From assembly GCA_002410925.1 (NCBI GenBank), contig DHPR01000010.1, positions 30,295 to 94,294 of the forward strand: a stretch of 64,000 bases of DNA, read 5' to 3'. The position numbers and the translations under genes were made by a program. This document shows positions 1-13,338 of this stretch, piece by piece. The notes beneath the pieces were generated by a model that was not told the origin of the DNA, did no database searches, and worked only from the letters and a program-made list of their open reading frames with translations. How positions within the stretch are numbered: position 1 is the first letter of the stretch; the number at the start of each line of letters is the position of its first letter. Source of the DNA: a bacterium UBP13_UBA5359 (GTDB taxonomy: Bacteria; UBP13; UBA5359).

Positions 1-725
1 TCGATATTGAAGCGGCTTTTGTCGTTTGCTATCAGGGCGGGCATTGCTCGCAGAACAACGGCTTTGTCGAAAGGGTTAAGGAAGAGCGTCTCTGGATATA
101 TCCTTTCGGATATTTGCAGTTCGATTCCGACAGCTTGCTCGATCAAGCCGTCAAACTGAACGAGCGCGGGCACTTCGGTCTGAGCTGTTATCTGGATGAA
201 ACCGATACAGGCGATTGGACGGCCTCAAAGCAGATGGATGCTTTCTGGGGATATATTGCTTCTCATAGAATGCCGCTCAGTTTGAACATACGGGCAGCAC
301 ATTGCCGGCCACTGGCGGGTGTCCTGGAGAGACATCCCGGCCTCATCATTCTTATCAGCCACATGGCCCGTCCCAGGATAATCGGAGGCAAACTGGACGA
401 AGAAGATTATGCATGGCTTCTAAACCTGGCCGGATACTTTGGTGTATATGTCAAGCTTTCCGGTTTCTACGCCTTCGCGGAAGAGGGATGGCGCTATCCG
501 CAGAGGATACTCTTTCAGGTAGTCGATCGACTTAAGGCAGCCTTTGGTGTCCAAAGACTGATATTTGCCTCTGATTTCCCTCCGGTATTGGAATATAACA
601 CCTTTCGACAGGCAATTGAACTGTTGCGGAAGGAGTATCAAGGCTTTACGCCTCGGGATCTGGAAGCCGTGTATAGAGATAATGCTCGGGGCATAATTGA
701 AAGGAGAAGAGAAAAATGGTTGTAG
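1..725 (+). CDS. Amidohydrolase-2 family metal-dependent hydrolase, 5'-truncated at window edge
   Basis: Reading frame is open from the window start (frame of 114..725). C-terminal region has the FASDFP-type signature of TIM-barrel amidohydrolases. Confidence 0.5.
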   Translation, partial: DIEAAFVVCYQGGHCSQNNGFVERVKEERLWIYPFGYLQFDSDSLLDQAVKLNERGHFGLSCYLDETDTGDWTASKQMDAFWGYIASHRMPLSLNIRAAHCRPLAGVLERHPGLIILISHMARPRIIGGKLDEEDYAWLLNLAGYFGVYVKLSGFYAFAEEGWRYPQRILFQVVDRLKAAFGVQRLIFASDFPPVLEYNTFRQAIELLRKEYQGFTPRDLEAVYRDNARGIIERRREKWL

Positions 726-1390
726 TGGAAAAACTGGGGCACTATCGCGTGGTGGATCTTAGCAAAGCTATTTATCCTGACAAAGAGGTCAGGCGGTGTG
801 AAATAATCCGCTACTACCAGGAATGGACCAAAGATTATCATTCCGACCTAAATATAGAGTCCCATCTGGGAACACATGTAGAAACCCCTTATCATTATAA
901 CGATGCCTGGCCGGATATTCTGGGCTTACCGCTTACCTCCTTTATTGGACGAGCGGTAGTGCTTGATCTGGATATAGCGCCTAAAGCTCCTGTTACCGCC
1001 AGGGAGTTGGAAGCGGCTGACATAGGCAGGATAAGGCCGGATGATGTGGTTATCCTTACCAGCTCGCACCACTGCGAACCTTTCAGCAATGATCCTGATG
1101 ATCAACGTCCTTATCTTTGTCGTGAATCGGGAGAGTGGTTAGCCGCCAAAAGAGTCAAAAGCATCGGTTTTGGTGATTCGGTAGCTATAGAGCATAGTGT
1201 AGAAGATGCCTGTGCCGTTCATGAAGCCGTCATGCCTTACGGTATCACCTTTTTGGAGGTGATGCAAAATTTAGATCAATTGCAAACCGATATTTTCCTG
1301 CTGATCTTTATGCCTATGCCTATAGAAGGGCTGGATTCCTGCTGTGTCAGAGCTGTAGCCGTAGAGGGAGTGCCGGGGTTCACCGCATGA
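716..1390 (+). CDS. Putative cyclase / kynurenine-formamidase-like hydrolase
   Basis: HxGTHxDxPxH motif (SHLGTHVETPYH) typical of the cyclase family. Overlaps the upstream gene by 10 nt. Confidence 0.6.
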   Translation: MVVVEKLGHYRVVDLSKAIYPDKEVRRCEIIRYYQEWTKDYHSDLNIESHLGTHVETPYHYNDAWPDILGLPLTSFIGRAVVLDLDIAPKAPVTARELEAADIGRIRPDDVVILTSSHHCEPFSNDPDDQRPYLCRESGEWLAAKRVKSIGFGDSVAIEHSVEDACAVHEAVMPYGITFLEVMQNLDQLQTDIFLLIFMPMPIEGLDSCCVRAVAVEGVPGFTA

Positions 1391-2538
1391 GAAAAGATGT
1401 CAAAACCATCCTCAGGGAGCTGATTGCTTTGCCCAGTATCAATCCTATGGGGCGGGAGGATCTTCCTGCCTGTTTGACCGGTGAGGCCCGGGTGGCGGAG
1501 TATGTGGAGGAGTTCATTAAATCACTGAGGTTGGAACCGATAATTCAGAAAACAGAATTACCTGAAAGATATAACATGGGTGCTATGCTTTTCAAGGGCG
1601 ATAAGCGCAAGACGGTGCTGTTACAGGCTCATATGGATACGGTGGGCTGTGAAGAAGAGGAACTAAAGCCGTCAGAGAGAGCCGGCAGAGTATATGGGCG
1701 GGGTGCCTGCGATGATAAAGGCAGCCTGGCAGCCATGTTATACGCTCTGGGAGAGGCTGCACGCCATCCGTCTCGGATTAATAACAATATTATCGTTATG
1801 GGCGTAGCCGATGAGGAATATACTTTCAAAGGCAGCCTGGCACTGATAGCACAATCGCCTACAAGGGAGGCAAGCTTCAGTATTGTAGGAGAGCCTACCG
1901 GGTGCGGTATCGTCAATGGCTACAAGGGGATAGCTCGTTGGAAGATAGAAACAACAGGCAAGAGTTGTCACAGCTCTGATCCCTGTCAGGGTATCAATGC
2001 TATTTATGCGATGGGAAGGATATTATGTTGTCTGGAGGAATACCGGACAGAGCTGGCGGCGATAAAGGATGATGAGCTTGGAACAGAGAGTATATCCGTA
2101 GGCACTATCTGCGGTGGAAGGGCGGTTAATATAGTACCTGATAAATGCGTCATAGAAATAGATCGCCGTTTGACCAGAAGATTCTCTCCGCGGCAGGCCG
2201 TGAAGGATGTAAACCGATACCTTGAGAGTAAAGGCATTGAATGTGAATATTTCATCTCTCCCTTATCCGATGCTCAAGCAGCCAATTATATCAGTGAGGA
2301 TCACCCGGGTGTCAAAGCATTACAGAATATTTGCCTTAAGCTGGGATTAAATCCTACTCCTTATTGTGTCAGTTACGGCTCTGATGCCTACAGAATGAAT
2401 GAGGCGGGCATAATCTCTGTTATCTGGGGGCCAGGCAGCATTCAAACGGCTCATACAGCCGGTGAAAATATATCGCTTCAGGAACTGGAGCAGGCGGTAT
2501 CTTTTTATCTGAACGTTATGCAGATGCCTGCGCTGTGA
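1387..2538 (+). CDS. M20 family metallopeptidase (ArgE/DapE-like deacylase)
   Basis: HMDTV and GRGACDDKG metal-binding motifs. 4-nt overlap with the upstream gene. Confidence 0.7.
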   Translation: MRKDVKTILRELIALPSINPMGREDLPACLTGEARVAEYVEEFIKSLRLEPIIQKTELPERYNMGAMLFKGDKRKTVLLQAHMDTVGCEEEELKPSERAGRVYGRGACDDKGSLAAMLYALGEAARHPSRINNNIIVMGVADEEYTFKGSLALIAQSPTREASFSIVGEPTGCGIVNGYKGIARWKIETTGKSCHSSDPCQGINAIYAMGRILCCLEEYRTELAAIKDDELGTESISVGTICGGRAVNIVPDKCVIEIDRRLTRRFSPRQAVKDVNRYLESKGIECEYFISPLSDAQAANYISEDHPGVKALQNICLKLGLNPTPYCVSYGSDAYRMNEAGIISVIWGPGSIQTAHTAGENISLQELEQAVSFYLNVMQMPAL

Positions 2539-2653
2539 TCTGCCAAAGGCAATACGACGCATTGACATAACACCGCTTCTAAAAGTATACTTTAGCTTGT
2601 TGGAATGATCATAGTTTTACTTGCGGGGAAATAAGCAGCGAGGTAATTCGGTT

Positions 2654-3100
2654 ATGCGTTTGGTTATCGGCAGCGACCACGGTGGTTATGAGTTAAAGGA
2701 GAGCCTGAAAGAGAACCTTGAAAAAGCCGGTTATAAATTTGATGATATCGGCACTTTTGGGCAGGAAGCCGTGGATTATCCGCAGGTCGGCTGGGAGCTG
2801 GCCCAGGCTGTCGCTGATGGACGTTATGATCGCGGCATTATATTGTGCGGTACCGGTATAGGCGTTTCCATTGTAGCTAATAAAGTTTCGGGTGTGAGAG
2901 CCTCTCTCTGCCATGATACCTTCTCCGCCAGGGCGGCAAGGGAGCATAATGACGCCAACGTTCTGGCTATGGGCGGAAGGGTGATCGGACCAGGCCTGGC
3001 AGCCGATATCGCTCTTGTCTGGCTGCAGACGGAGTTTTCCGGCGATGAGCGACATATGCGCCGTATAAGCATGATAGAGCCGGGTTCGCATATTGCCTGA
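2654..3100 (+). CDS. rpiB: Ribose-5-phosphate isomerase B
   Basis: [11 protein letters not shown] ... [15 protein letters not shown] signature. Start moved to the internal ATG of ORF 2621..3100. Confidence 0.8.
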   Translation: MRLVIGSDHGGYELKESLKENLEKAGYKFDDIGTFGQEAVDYPQVGWELAQAVADGRYDRGIILCGTGIGVSIVANKVSGVRASLCHDTFSARAAREHNDANVLAMGGRVIGPGLAADIALVWLQTEFSGDERHMRRISMIEPGSHIA

Positions 3101-3132
3101 AGGTTCTTTTTTCTGAGGAAGGAGAGAGTGTT

Positions 3133-4389
3133 TTGGAAAGACTTAGAGAGGTAGACCCTGAGGTTTATCATGCTATTGAGCATGAGCGTGAGCGCCAGGG
3201 AGCAAAGATAGAACTAATAGCTTCGGAGAACTTTGTGGATCGGGCTATTTTGGCAGCTCAAGGGTCAGTGCTGACCAATAAGTATGCTGAGGGATATCCC
3301 GGTAAGAGATATTACGGCGGCTGTGAGTTTGTAGATGTAGTGGAGAGGCTGGCCATAGAGAGAGCCAAAAAGCTTTTTGGCGCTGAGCATGTAAATGTAC
3401 AGCCGCATTCCGGCTCTCAGGCCAATATGGCGGCATACTTTGCTGTTTTGAAGCCTGGGGATACCGTTCTGGCTATGGATTTGGCCCATGGCGGCCATCT
3501 TACACATGGGCATAGATTGAATTTTTCCGGCATGCTCTATAATATCTGCTCTTACGGGGTTGGTCCTGAAGATCATCGCCTGGATTATGATGCATTGCTG
3601 GCTCAGGCTAAAGAGTGTAAACCTAAAATGATAGTAGCCGGTGCCAGTGCCTATCCACGCAAACTGGATTTCGAGCGTTTTCGAGCCATTTGTGATGAGG
3701 TGGGCGCTTACCTGATGGTGGATATGGCTCATATTGCCGGCTTGGTAGCAGCCGGGTTGCATCAAAGCCCCGTGCCTTACGCTGATTTTGTTACCACTAC
3801 CACGCATAAGACTCTTCGGGGGCCTCGGGCGGGTATGGTTATCTGCAAGGCGGAGCATGCCAGGGCACTGGATTCGGCACTTTTTCCCGGCTTGCAGGGC
3901 GGACCGCTCATGCATGTAATTGCCGCCAAGGCTGTGGCGCTGAAGGAGGCCATGACACCGGAGTTCAGGCAGTATCAGAGCAATATTCTCAGCAATGCCG
4001 CAACGCTGGCAAAGGAGCTTATAAAGCGTGGCTTTGAACTGAGCTCAGGCGGTACGGATAACCACCTGATGCTGGTAGATGTTACAACCAAGGATATGAC
4101 CGGTCTCGATGCCCAGTTGCTCTTGGATGAGATCGGCATAACCGTCAACAAGAATATGATACCGTTCGACAAGCAGAAACCTATGGTGACCAGCGGCATA
4201 AGAATAGGGACTCCGGCTGTAACTACCCGGGGTATGGGCACTGAAGAAATGAAGGAGATCGCTCATATTATCGACGAGGCGCTCTCTGATGCCGATAACC
4301 GTCTGACTCTGGAGCGGTCAAAATACCGGGTCAAGGACCTTTGCGGCAAGTTTCCGCTTTATCGGGATCTGGATAACACTTGCTGTTAG
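3133..4389 (+). CDS. glyA: Serine hydroxymethyltransferase
   Basis: Full-length SHMT with [20 protein letters not shown] and [12 protein letters not shown] motifs. TTG start preceded by a GGAAGGAGAGAG RBS. Confidence 0.9.
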   Translation: MERLREVDPEVYHAIEHERERQGAKIELIASENFVDRAILAAQGSVLTNKYAEGYPGKRYYGGCEFVDVVERLAIERAKKLFGAEHVNVQPHSGSQANMAAYFAVLKPGDTVLAMDLAHGGHLTHGHRLNFSGMLYNICSYGVGPEDHRLDYDALLAQAKECKPKMIVAGASAYPRKLDFERFRAICDEVGAYLMVDMAHIAGLVAAGLHQSPVPYADFVTTTTHKTLRGPRAGMVICKAEHARALDSALFPGLQGGPLMHVIAAKAVALKEAMTPEFRQYQSNILSNAATLAKELIKRGFELSSGGTDNHLMLVDVTTKDMTGLDAQLLLDEIGITVNKNMIPFDKQKPMVTSGIRIGTPAVTTRGMGTEEMKEIAHIIDEALSDADNRLTLERSKYRVKDLCGKFPLYRDLDNTCC

Positions 4390-4444
4390 TCCTGAATGAA
4401 TCAAAAATCGAGCTGCTTGAAGAGCGTACCTTGGGGATGTCTGA

Positions 4445-4930
4445 ATGAATAAAGAGATTATTGCCTCCGATTCGTCATCCATAGTCGATCGTCCGGACTG
4501 GGATAGATATTTTATGGAGATAGCAGGGGTGGTAGCCAGGCGAGCCACCTGTATGCGGCGCCGTGTGGGAGCCATTTTAGTTAAGGATAGGCGTATTCTG
4601 ACCACGGGGTATAATGGTGCGCCGTCCGGGTTACGGCATTGCAGAGAAGCAGGCTGCCTAAGAGAGCGTCTGGGGGTTCCTTCCGGTGAACGGGCGGAGC
4701 TCTGTCGCGGGCTGCATGCTGAGCAGAATGCCATTATTCAGGCTGCCTTACATGGTGTCCCTATAGAAGGCTCCGTCTTGTATTGTACCAATCAGCCTTG
4801 CACCATGTGTGCTAAAATGCTGGTGAATGCCGGTGTCAGGCGTATCGTCTTTACCGGCTCTTATCCTGATGAATTGGCTATGGATATCCTTGGCGAAGCC
4901 GGGGTAGAGATAATGATATTTAGGGGTTAA
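4445..4930 (+). CDS. dCMP / cytidine deaminase family protein (ComEB-like)
   Basis: Zinc-binding HAEQNAI and PCTMCAKML motifs. Confidence 0.8.
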   Translation: MNKEIIASDSSSIVDRPDWDRYFMEIAGVVARRATCMRRRVGAILVKDRRILTTGYNGAPSGLRHCREAGCLRERLGVPSGERAELCRGLHAEQNAIIQAALHGVPIEGSVLYCTNQPCTMCAKMLVNAGVRRIVFTGSYPDELAMDILGEAGVEIMIFRG

Positions 4931-4931
4931 T

Positions 4932-5885
4932 ATGGATTCCTCCATTTACTATGCTATATCCTTTATGGTGGCATTGATTGCATCTTTATTTCTTACACCG
5001 CTGATACGCTTTATGGCTGCCCGGTTTGGTATAGTTGATCATCCTCAATCACGCAAGGTACATAAGGAGCCGGTGCCCCTCTGGGGAGGATTGGCTATTT
5101 ATGCCGCTTTGGTTGTTGCAGTGACGGGTATCTCCATTTTGAGCGCTACGACAATGACCATGCTGATCGAAGGAATAATCGTCGGCGGGGCTTTTATCGT
5201 GGTTGTCGGTATGGTGGACGATGCTATCGGCATGCCGGCACGTTTGAAACTTGCCTTTCAGATAGTGGGCGCACTGATACTGATAGGCTTCGGCATAAGG
5301 ATAGAGCTGCTATCCAATCCCTTCAGCGGCGGATATATTTATCTGGGTTACTGGGGAATATTGATAACCATTTTCTGGGTAGTGGCTGTTACCAACGCCA
5401 TAAACCTTATCGATGGCCTGGATGGATTAGCTTCGGGGTTATCATGCATAGCTGCAATAGCCTTTTTTATTCTCTCTCTTAAATTTGGTCATCTTTCAAT
5501 CTCGATTATCTCCATGGCTCTTGCCGGGGCCTGCCTGGGCTTTCTCAGATACAACTTTAATCCGGCCAGTATATTCATGGGAGATACCGGCTCAATGCTG
5601 CTTGGTTATGTGTTGGCTGCTATCTCGGTAGCCGGAGCTTTTAAAGGTGCCGCCGCTGTCATGCTGACTTTACCGGTTATAGTATTGGGATTGCCTATCT
5701 TTGATGTCTCTTTTGCTATCTTGCGTCGTTTGCTTAAAGGTAATCCTATATTCCAGGCGGATAAGGGGCATCTGCATCACCGGCTGCTGAATAGAGGCCT
5801 GTCCCAACGCCGGGCCGTCATGGTATTATATATTATAGGTATAGCCTGCAGTTTGTTGGCTGTATATCTGTCTACTCTCCATTGA
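4932..5885 (+). CDS. Polyprenyl-phosphate N-acetylhexosamine-1-phosphate transferase (WecA/TagO/MraY family)
   Basis: Multi-TM protein with the NAINLIDGLDGLA motif. Sits next to a UDP-GlcNAc 2-epimerase. Confidence 0.7.
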   Translation: MDSSIYYAISFMVALIASLFLTPLIRFMAARFGIVDHPQSRKVHKEPVPLWGGLAIYAALVVAVTGISILSATTMTMLIEGIIVGGAFIVVVGMVDDAIGMPARLKLAFQIVGALILIGFGIRIELLSNPFSGGYIYLGYWGILITIFWVVAVTNAINLIDGLDGLASGLSCIAAIAFFILSLKFGHLSISIISMALAGACLGFLRYNFNPASIFMGDTGSMLLGYVLAAISVAGAFKGAAAVMLTLPVIVLGLPIFDVSFAILRRLLKGNPIFQADKGHLHHRLLNRGLSQRRAVMVLYIIGIACSLLAVYLSTLH

Positions 5886-5974
5886 CTATGAAAAGGGCAA
5901 GGGAGAGGGGCAAAGTTCTGAGCTGAGAACTCCGAACTACATTACTGTATTCTAAGGATAAGGAGAGAGATCAT

Positions 5975-7156
5975 ATGGAAAGTCCGAGACCAGCAACCGT
6001 ATTTACAGGACACCGGTCCCGGCCTAAAATAGCTGTAATCTTCGGAACCAGACCGGAGGCCGTCAAGATGGCTCCGGTGGTAAAAAGCTTTCAGGCGGAG
6101 GATCGCCTGGAGACCATCGTCATTGTCACTGCTCAGCACAGAGAGATGTTGGATCAGGTCATGGCCACCTTTAATATCAGTGCCGACTATGATCTCGATA
6201 TTATGTCTCCGGGGCAAAGCCTGGCGACTCTTACCAATCGTGTGCTAACCGGTATTGATGGCTTACTGCAGAAAATCTGTCCGGATATGATATTGGTCCA
6301 GGGAGATACTACCACCGTCTTTGCCTCCTCACTGGCAGCCTTTTACAACAAAGTGGCTATTGGTCATGTGGAGGCCGGGCTACGTACGGATGATAAATAT
6401 AACCCCTTCCCCGAAGAGATAAATCGTCGTCTTACCGGAACTATGGCAGATATACATTTTGCTCCTACTACTGTTTCACGGGACAATCTTCTGAATGAGG
6501 GAGTTCCTGCTGAGCGGATAATGGTTACGGGCAATACCGTTATCGATTCATTGATGATGGTGGCAAGCAGATCTTATTCCTTTGCCGGAGGAGAACTGTC
6601 CCGGCTGGAGAAGCATCCCGGCAGAGTGGTCCTGATAACGGCTCACCGCCGTGAAAATTGGGGTGCCCCCATGCAGCGCATAGTTCGCGTACTGGCTCGG
6701 CTGGCATATCGTTATTCCGATACCCTTTTCGTTTTTCCTATGCATCGCAACCCGGAGGTGCGCAGGGTCATAACCGGTGAATTGGCTAACCTGAGTAACG
6801 TTATGCTGGTAGAGCCGCAGGATTATGAACCTTTTATTCACCTCATGAAACGCAGCCATCTTATTATTACCGATTCCGGCGGCGTTCAGGAAGAGGCCCC
6901 ATCGCTGGGGATTCCTGTGCTTGTATTGCGCGAGCGCACCGAACGTCCGGAGGCAGTGGAAGTGGGCACTGTTCGTCTGGTAGGCACCGATGAGGAAAGT
7001 ATCTTCATACAGTCGGTTGAGCTGATGGATAGCGATGAAGCCCACCGAAAGATGTCAGGAACAGCCAACCCCTATGGCGACGGCAAATCAGCAGAGCGCA
7101 TCTTGGCCGGAGTTATACAATATTTCGGCCTGGAAGTTGCCGGCAAAGAGAATTAA
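5975..7156 (+). CDS. wecB: UDP-N-acetylglucosamine 2-epimerase (non-hydrolysing)
   Basis: IFGTRPEAVKMAPVV and HVEAGLRT motifs. True start may lie downstream of the ORF-track start. Confidence 0.85.
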   Translation: MESPRPATVFTGHRSRPKIAVIFGTRPEAVKMAPVVKSFQAEDRLETIVIVTAQHREMLDQVMATFNISADYDLDIMSPGQSLATLTNRVLTGIDGLLQKICPDMILVQGDTTTVFASSLAAFYNKVAIGHVEAGLRTDDKYNPFPEEINRRLTGTMADIHFAPTTVSRDNLLNEGVPAERIMVTGNTVIDSLMMVASRSYSFAGGELSRLEKHPGRVVLITAHRRENWGAPMQRIVRVLARLAYRYSDTLFVFPMHRNPEVRRVITGELANLSNVMLVEPQDYEPFIHLMKRSHLIITDSGGVQEEAPSLGIPVLVLRERTERPEAVEVGTVRLVGTDEESIFIQSVELMDSDEAHRKMSGTANPYGDGKSAERILAGVIQYFGLEVAGKEN

Positions 7157-7243
7157 CGGCTTTTCGAAACGGTAACAGCAGCATAATCATTTTTATCACA
7201 GGTTTTTTGGCAGATATGTTGAATAATTGAAGTAAGGCCTGGC

Positions 7244-7275
7244 GGCCGGAGAGCTCTCTCCGGCCGGGCTGCTTT
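7244..7275 (+). terminator. GC-rich hairpin (GGCCGGAGAG/CTCTCCGGCC) followed by a T-rich stretch, downstream of wecB
   Basis: Perfect 10-nt inverted repeat followed by GCTTTTGT, seen directly in the sequence. Confidence 0.35.
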
Positions 7276-7296
7276 TGTAATGGCGGAGGTGGTTAT

Positions 7297-7725
7297 ATGA
7301 AGTATAAATCAATTCTCGTTCCGATCAATGGTGCCGATTATGCGGAAGAAATGATTGACTTGGCTTGTAAGCTGGCAGATCGGGATGAGGCTGAGCTTCA
7401 TGCTTTATATGTTTTTGTCGTTCCGCGAACACTGCCCATCGATGCTTCGGTTCCTGCAGAAGAGAATAAAGGCGCAGAGATACTGGCCCGTGCAGAAGCT
7501 GCCGCCGCCTCTGCCGGCGTAAGCATCAGGACGCATTTCTATCAATCCCGTTCTGCCGGAGTATCCGTTTTGGATGCCATTGAACGTTTACAGGCAGATC
7601 TTGTTATTCTGGGCGTAAGCGGTGAACCTCGGGTGGGTGGTATATTCTTTGGCACCACAACCGATCTTGTTTTAAAAAATGCGCCCTGCCGGGTATTGAT
7701 CGGCAGAGCCGGCATGGAGGATTGA
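7297..7725 (+). CDS. Universal stress protein (UspA family)
   Basis: About 140 aa with the Usp fold pattern (ILVPINGADYAEE ... LVILGVSGEP ... VLKNAPCRVLI). Confidence 0.7.
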   Translation: MKYKSILVPINGADYAEEMIDLACKLADRDEAELHALYVFVVPRTLPIDASVPAEENKGAEILARAEAAAASAGVSIRTHFYQSRSAGVSVLDAIERLQADLVILGVSGEPRVGGIFFGTTTDLVLKNAPCRVLIGRAGMED

Positions 7726-7726
7726 A

Positions 7727-8380
7727 ATGAAGATAGTGATTATGGGCTGCGGGCGTGTGGGCGTATTGCTTGCCAGAATACTGGACAGCGAAGGGCATAA
7801 GGTAGCGGTGATAGACAGAGATAGCCAGGCGTTTGGCGGCCTTTGTGAAGAGTTTCAAGGGCGTATGATAGCCGGTAACGGCATTGATGCCGATGTGCAG
7901 CGTGAGGCGGGTATGGCAGAAGCCGATGCCTTTGTAGCCGCCACCAGGGATGACAATACCAACATCATGGCGGCCCAGGTGGCCAAAGAGATATTCGGTG
8001 TTTTCAAGGTAATAGCCAGGATATATGATTCGGAGAGAGAGCATATCTTTCATGAGCTCGGTCTGAAGACCATATGCCCCGTTACGGTGGGGGCCTTTCA
8101 GATAAGGAATGCTATTCTTGCCGATACACTAAGACGTATACCTTTGGAAGCAGCCAATAATCTAGAGCTTATCGAAACTGCGCTTCCGGAAGGTCTTGAC
8201 GGCAAGAAAGTGCGCGATATCCAGAGTCCCGGAGAGATCAGAGTTGTCGCTCTGGAAAGAGAGGGTTTATCTATCATACCCGGCGGGGATACCTTATTGA
8301 AGAGTGGCGATACCATAACTATCGTTATTTCCAGGGATGTAATGCCCAGGCTACAGGCTCTTATAGGTATAAAGGCATAA
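7727..8380 (+). CDS. RCK/TrkA-family K+ transport regulatory protein (KtrA-like)
   Basis: N-terminal Rossmann motif IVIMGCGRVG (RCK_N) plus a C-terminal RCK_C-like segment. Confidence 0.75.
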   Translation: MKIVIMGCGRVGVLLARILDSEGHKVAVIDRDSQAFGGLCEEFQGRMIAGNGIDADVQREAGMAEADAFVAATRDDNTNIMAAQVAKEIFGVFKVIARIYDSEREHIFHELGLKTICPVTVGAFQIRNAILADTLRRIPLEAANNLELIETALPEGLDGKKVRDIQSPGEIRVVALEREGLSIIPGGDTLLKSGDTITIVISRDVMPRLQALIGIKA

Positions 8381-8441
8381 TCATAATATCAGGCTTTAGG
8401 CTGAAACAGTTAAGGCATGATTATTGAAGGGAGAGAATCCT

Positions 8442-8885
8442 ATGTATGTGATATTGGTGGGAGGTGGCAAAGTAGGTTATTATCTTACCAAAACCTTGTT
8501 GTCCGAAGGATTTGAAGTTACGCTGATTGAAAAGGAGAGGACGATATTCGAAAAGCTTTTTCAGGAATTCAAGGATTCCGTGGTTCTGGGAGATGGTACG
8601 GATATTAGATTGCTGCATAACTCAGGCGCCGGCCGGGCTGATTTGCTGGTTTCAATTACCGGACATGATCAGGATAATCTGGTAGCTTGCCAATTGGCTA
8701 AAAGAAAGTTTGGAGTGGCTCATACCATCGCCAGGGTTAATAATCCCAAGAATGAGGATATTCTGCGCCGTCTGGGTGTCGATACCACACTCAGTAGCAC
8801 TAGAATTATTTTTAATCTGATTGAGCAAGAAGTAGCTGCTCAGGTAGGTAGGCTACAGGAAGCGGCGGCCAGGAGCCGGGAATAA
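8442..8885 (+). CDS. TrkA-N (RCK_N) domain protein
   Basis: ILVGGGKVGYYL Rossmann motif. Start taken at the internal ATG of ORF 8424..8885. Confidence 0.65.
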   Translation: MYVILVGGGKVGYYLTKTLLSEGFEVTLIEKERTIFEKLFQEFKDSVVLGDGTDIRLLHNSGAGRADLLVSITGHDQDNLVACQLAKRKFGVAHTIARVNNPKNEDILRRLGVDTTLSSTRIIFNLIEQEVAAQVGRLQEAAARSRE

Positions 8886-9189
8886 ATGGCTGAGAATATA
8901 CTTTCCAGAATAAGACGGGCGGAGGAAGAGGCCGCATTAACGATCTCAGCTGCCAGAGAGAGCGCTGCAGATATAATACGGCGTGCCTCTGCGGATGCCG
9001 AGGCCTTGCTGGCGGAAAAACGGCGGCAGGGAGAGGCTCAGGCAGCAGCTTTAATTGCCGAAGCAGAGGCTCTATCAAAGGCCGAAACAGAGGAGCTTAA
9101 GCGCTTGTCGAATCAACAAAAAGAACGCCTGATCGATATGGCTGAAAAGGGCTGTGAAGAGGCGACAGGCTACGTTCTGAAGGAGGCTC

Positions 9190-9212
<23 letters not shown>
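8886..9212 (+). CDS. V/A-type ATPase small coiled-coil subunit (H/G-like)
   Basis: Ala/Glu-rich coiled-coil protein of about 108 aa at the first position of a V-type ATPase operon. Confidence 0.45.
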
Positions 9213-11662
<2,450 letters not shown>

Positions 11663-11663
11663 T

Positions 11664-12275
11664 ATGTCGCTGGAAGCCATTGAAATGAGAATTTTGGCCG
11701 ATGCCCGGGCTGAAGCAGAGCGTATAATCGATGAGGCTCAGGCACGTGCAGCCGATATAGCATCGCATGCCGCCGATAATGGGCAGCGAATTACAGAAGA
11801 AATACTGGCCGAAGCAGAGAGCAAGGCCGAAGAGCAACGTCGGCGAGCATTGGGGATGGCCGGTTTGGAAAGGCGAAAAGAGCTGTTGCAGGAGAAGAGA
11901 TATCTGCTGGATACGCTCTTTGAATCTGCTATACGGCGTTTGAATGATCTACCGGCGGATGATTATTTCTCTCTTATTTCCGCCATGATAACTCAAGAAG
12001 CGCCGCATGGCGATAAAGAGCTGCTTTTAAGCGAAACGGATCTTGCACGCCTTCCGACAAGCTTTATGGAAGATCTTAATAAAAAACTGGCTGAGGCCGG
12101 CATTGATGGGGAACTAAGGCTCTCCCCCGAGCGACGCACTATAAGAGGAGGTTTTATGCTAAAATGCGGCGGATTGGAATTCAATGGCACCTTTGAGCGC
12201 TTGATAACAGGCATGAGATCCAAGCTTGAACCGGGAGTCATCGAGCGCCTGGGATTCGATAAAGCGAATGTATAA
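11664..12275 (+). CDS. atpE: V/A-type ATPase subunit E
   Basis: About 200 aa, N-terminal charged coiled coil. Start moved to the ATG immediately after the atpK stop. Confidence 0.75.
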   Translation: MSLEAIEMRILADARAEAERIIDEAQARAADIASHAADNGQRITEEILAEAESKAEEQRRRALGMAGLERRKELLQEKRYLLDTLFESAIRRLNDLPADDYFSLISAMITQEAPHGDKELLLSETDLARLPTSFMEDLNKKLAEAGIDGELRLSPERRTIRGGFMLKCGGLEFNGTFERLITGMRSKLEPGVIERLGFDKANV

Positions 12276-13320
12276 CGATATCCGCTATGCTTATGCTACA
12301 GGCCGTATAAGGTCTCTTCAAAAGGACCTGGTTGATGAAACAACGGTTCGCAGAATGCTGGAGACGCCTGATGAAGAAGCCGCCTTTGCCGTTATGATGG
12401 AAACCTCCTATGCGGCATATGCAACCGGGGCAGGAGTAAGCGATTACGAAAGGATGCTGGAAGCCGGGCTGATAGAGGCCTACAGGCTGGTGCGCTCCAT
12501 ATCCCCGGACGGCACTCTCACGGATATTCTGCTGCGTCGCTATGACCTGCATAACGTCAGGATAATTATCAAGGCGGAACATATTGGTGCGGATTATAAG
12601 CATCTGATAGTGCCTATGGGAAGAGTCGATCCCGATACTATCGCCGCCGCCTGGCATTTGAGACGTGAGGGATGGGAAGAGGGCAGTGAAAGTTCACATA
12701 TCTTACCTCCGGCATCTCAAATCTCGCTTCCCCGATGGCTGGAACGCCTTCTCTATCGGGCGGCTTTGATGATTGATAACAGCGGCGATCTCTATCTGGT
12801 GGATCTGATGCTGGATAAAGCCTGGTTTCGTGGCCTGAAAGCATGGTCGAAAGAAAACTCACATTATCTGTATGCCTGGCTGGTAGTCAGGATAGATGCC
12901 GTAAATATTATGGGAATGTTGAGATTAAGAGCTGGCGGCTGGTCCAGGGAACGGTGGCGTGAAATTTTTATCGAAGGCGGCAGGGTAAGCCGTAGTAAGC
13001 TGGAAAGCCTCTACGATCTTACGCCTGAGCAGGCCGCAGCCGGATTGATAGATACGGTTTACCGGCGTGAAATAGAGGGAGGATTGGAGGATTATCGAAA
13101 GTGCGGCGAACTGTCATATATGGAGGCGCTCTTTGAAGCTCGCCTTTTGGAGGTTTTGCGAGCCGAACGATACATAACCTTCGGCTCGCAGCCGTTGCTG
13201 GCTTATCTTCTTCGCAAAGAGGCTGAGGTTAGGGCACTACGGATGGTGATGATTGGGAAACTGAACGGATTGCCTCATGATATCATACATAAGCGCTTGA
13301 GAGCTTTTCTCTACAGGTGA
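12268..13320 (+). CDS. atpC: V/A-type ATPase subunit C (d-subunit homolog)
   Basis: About 350 aa helical protein at the conserved operon position; overlaps the atpE stop. Confidence 0.7.
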   Translation: MYNDIRYAYATGRIRSLQKDLVDETTVRRMLETPDEEAAFAVMMETSYAAYATGAGVSDYERMLEAGLIEAYRLVRSISPDGTLTDILLRRYDLHNVRIIIKAEHIGADYKHLIVPMGRVDPDTIAAAWHLRREGWEEGSESSHILPPASQISLPRWLERLLYRAALMIDNSGDLYLVDLMLDKAWFRGLKAWSKENSHYLYAWLVVRIDAVNIMGMLRLRAGGWSRERWREIFIEGGRVSRSKLESLYDLTPEQAAAGLIDTVYRREIEGGLEDYRKCGELSYMEALFEARLLEVLRAERYITFGSQPLLAYLLRKEAEVRALRMVMIGKLNGLPHDIIHKRLRAFLYR

Positions 13321-13338
13321 TCCGGCAAAGGAGCAGAT

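Noticed and set aside
302-641. ORFs 302..535 (+) and 420..641 (-)
   Set aside because: Alternative-frame and antisense ORFs within the amidohydrolase gene.
3265-3915. 216-aa minus-strand ORF
   Set aside because: Lies entirely inside glyA on the opposite strand. glyA is unambiguous, and the antisense ORF has no motif.
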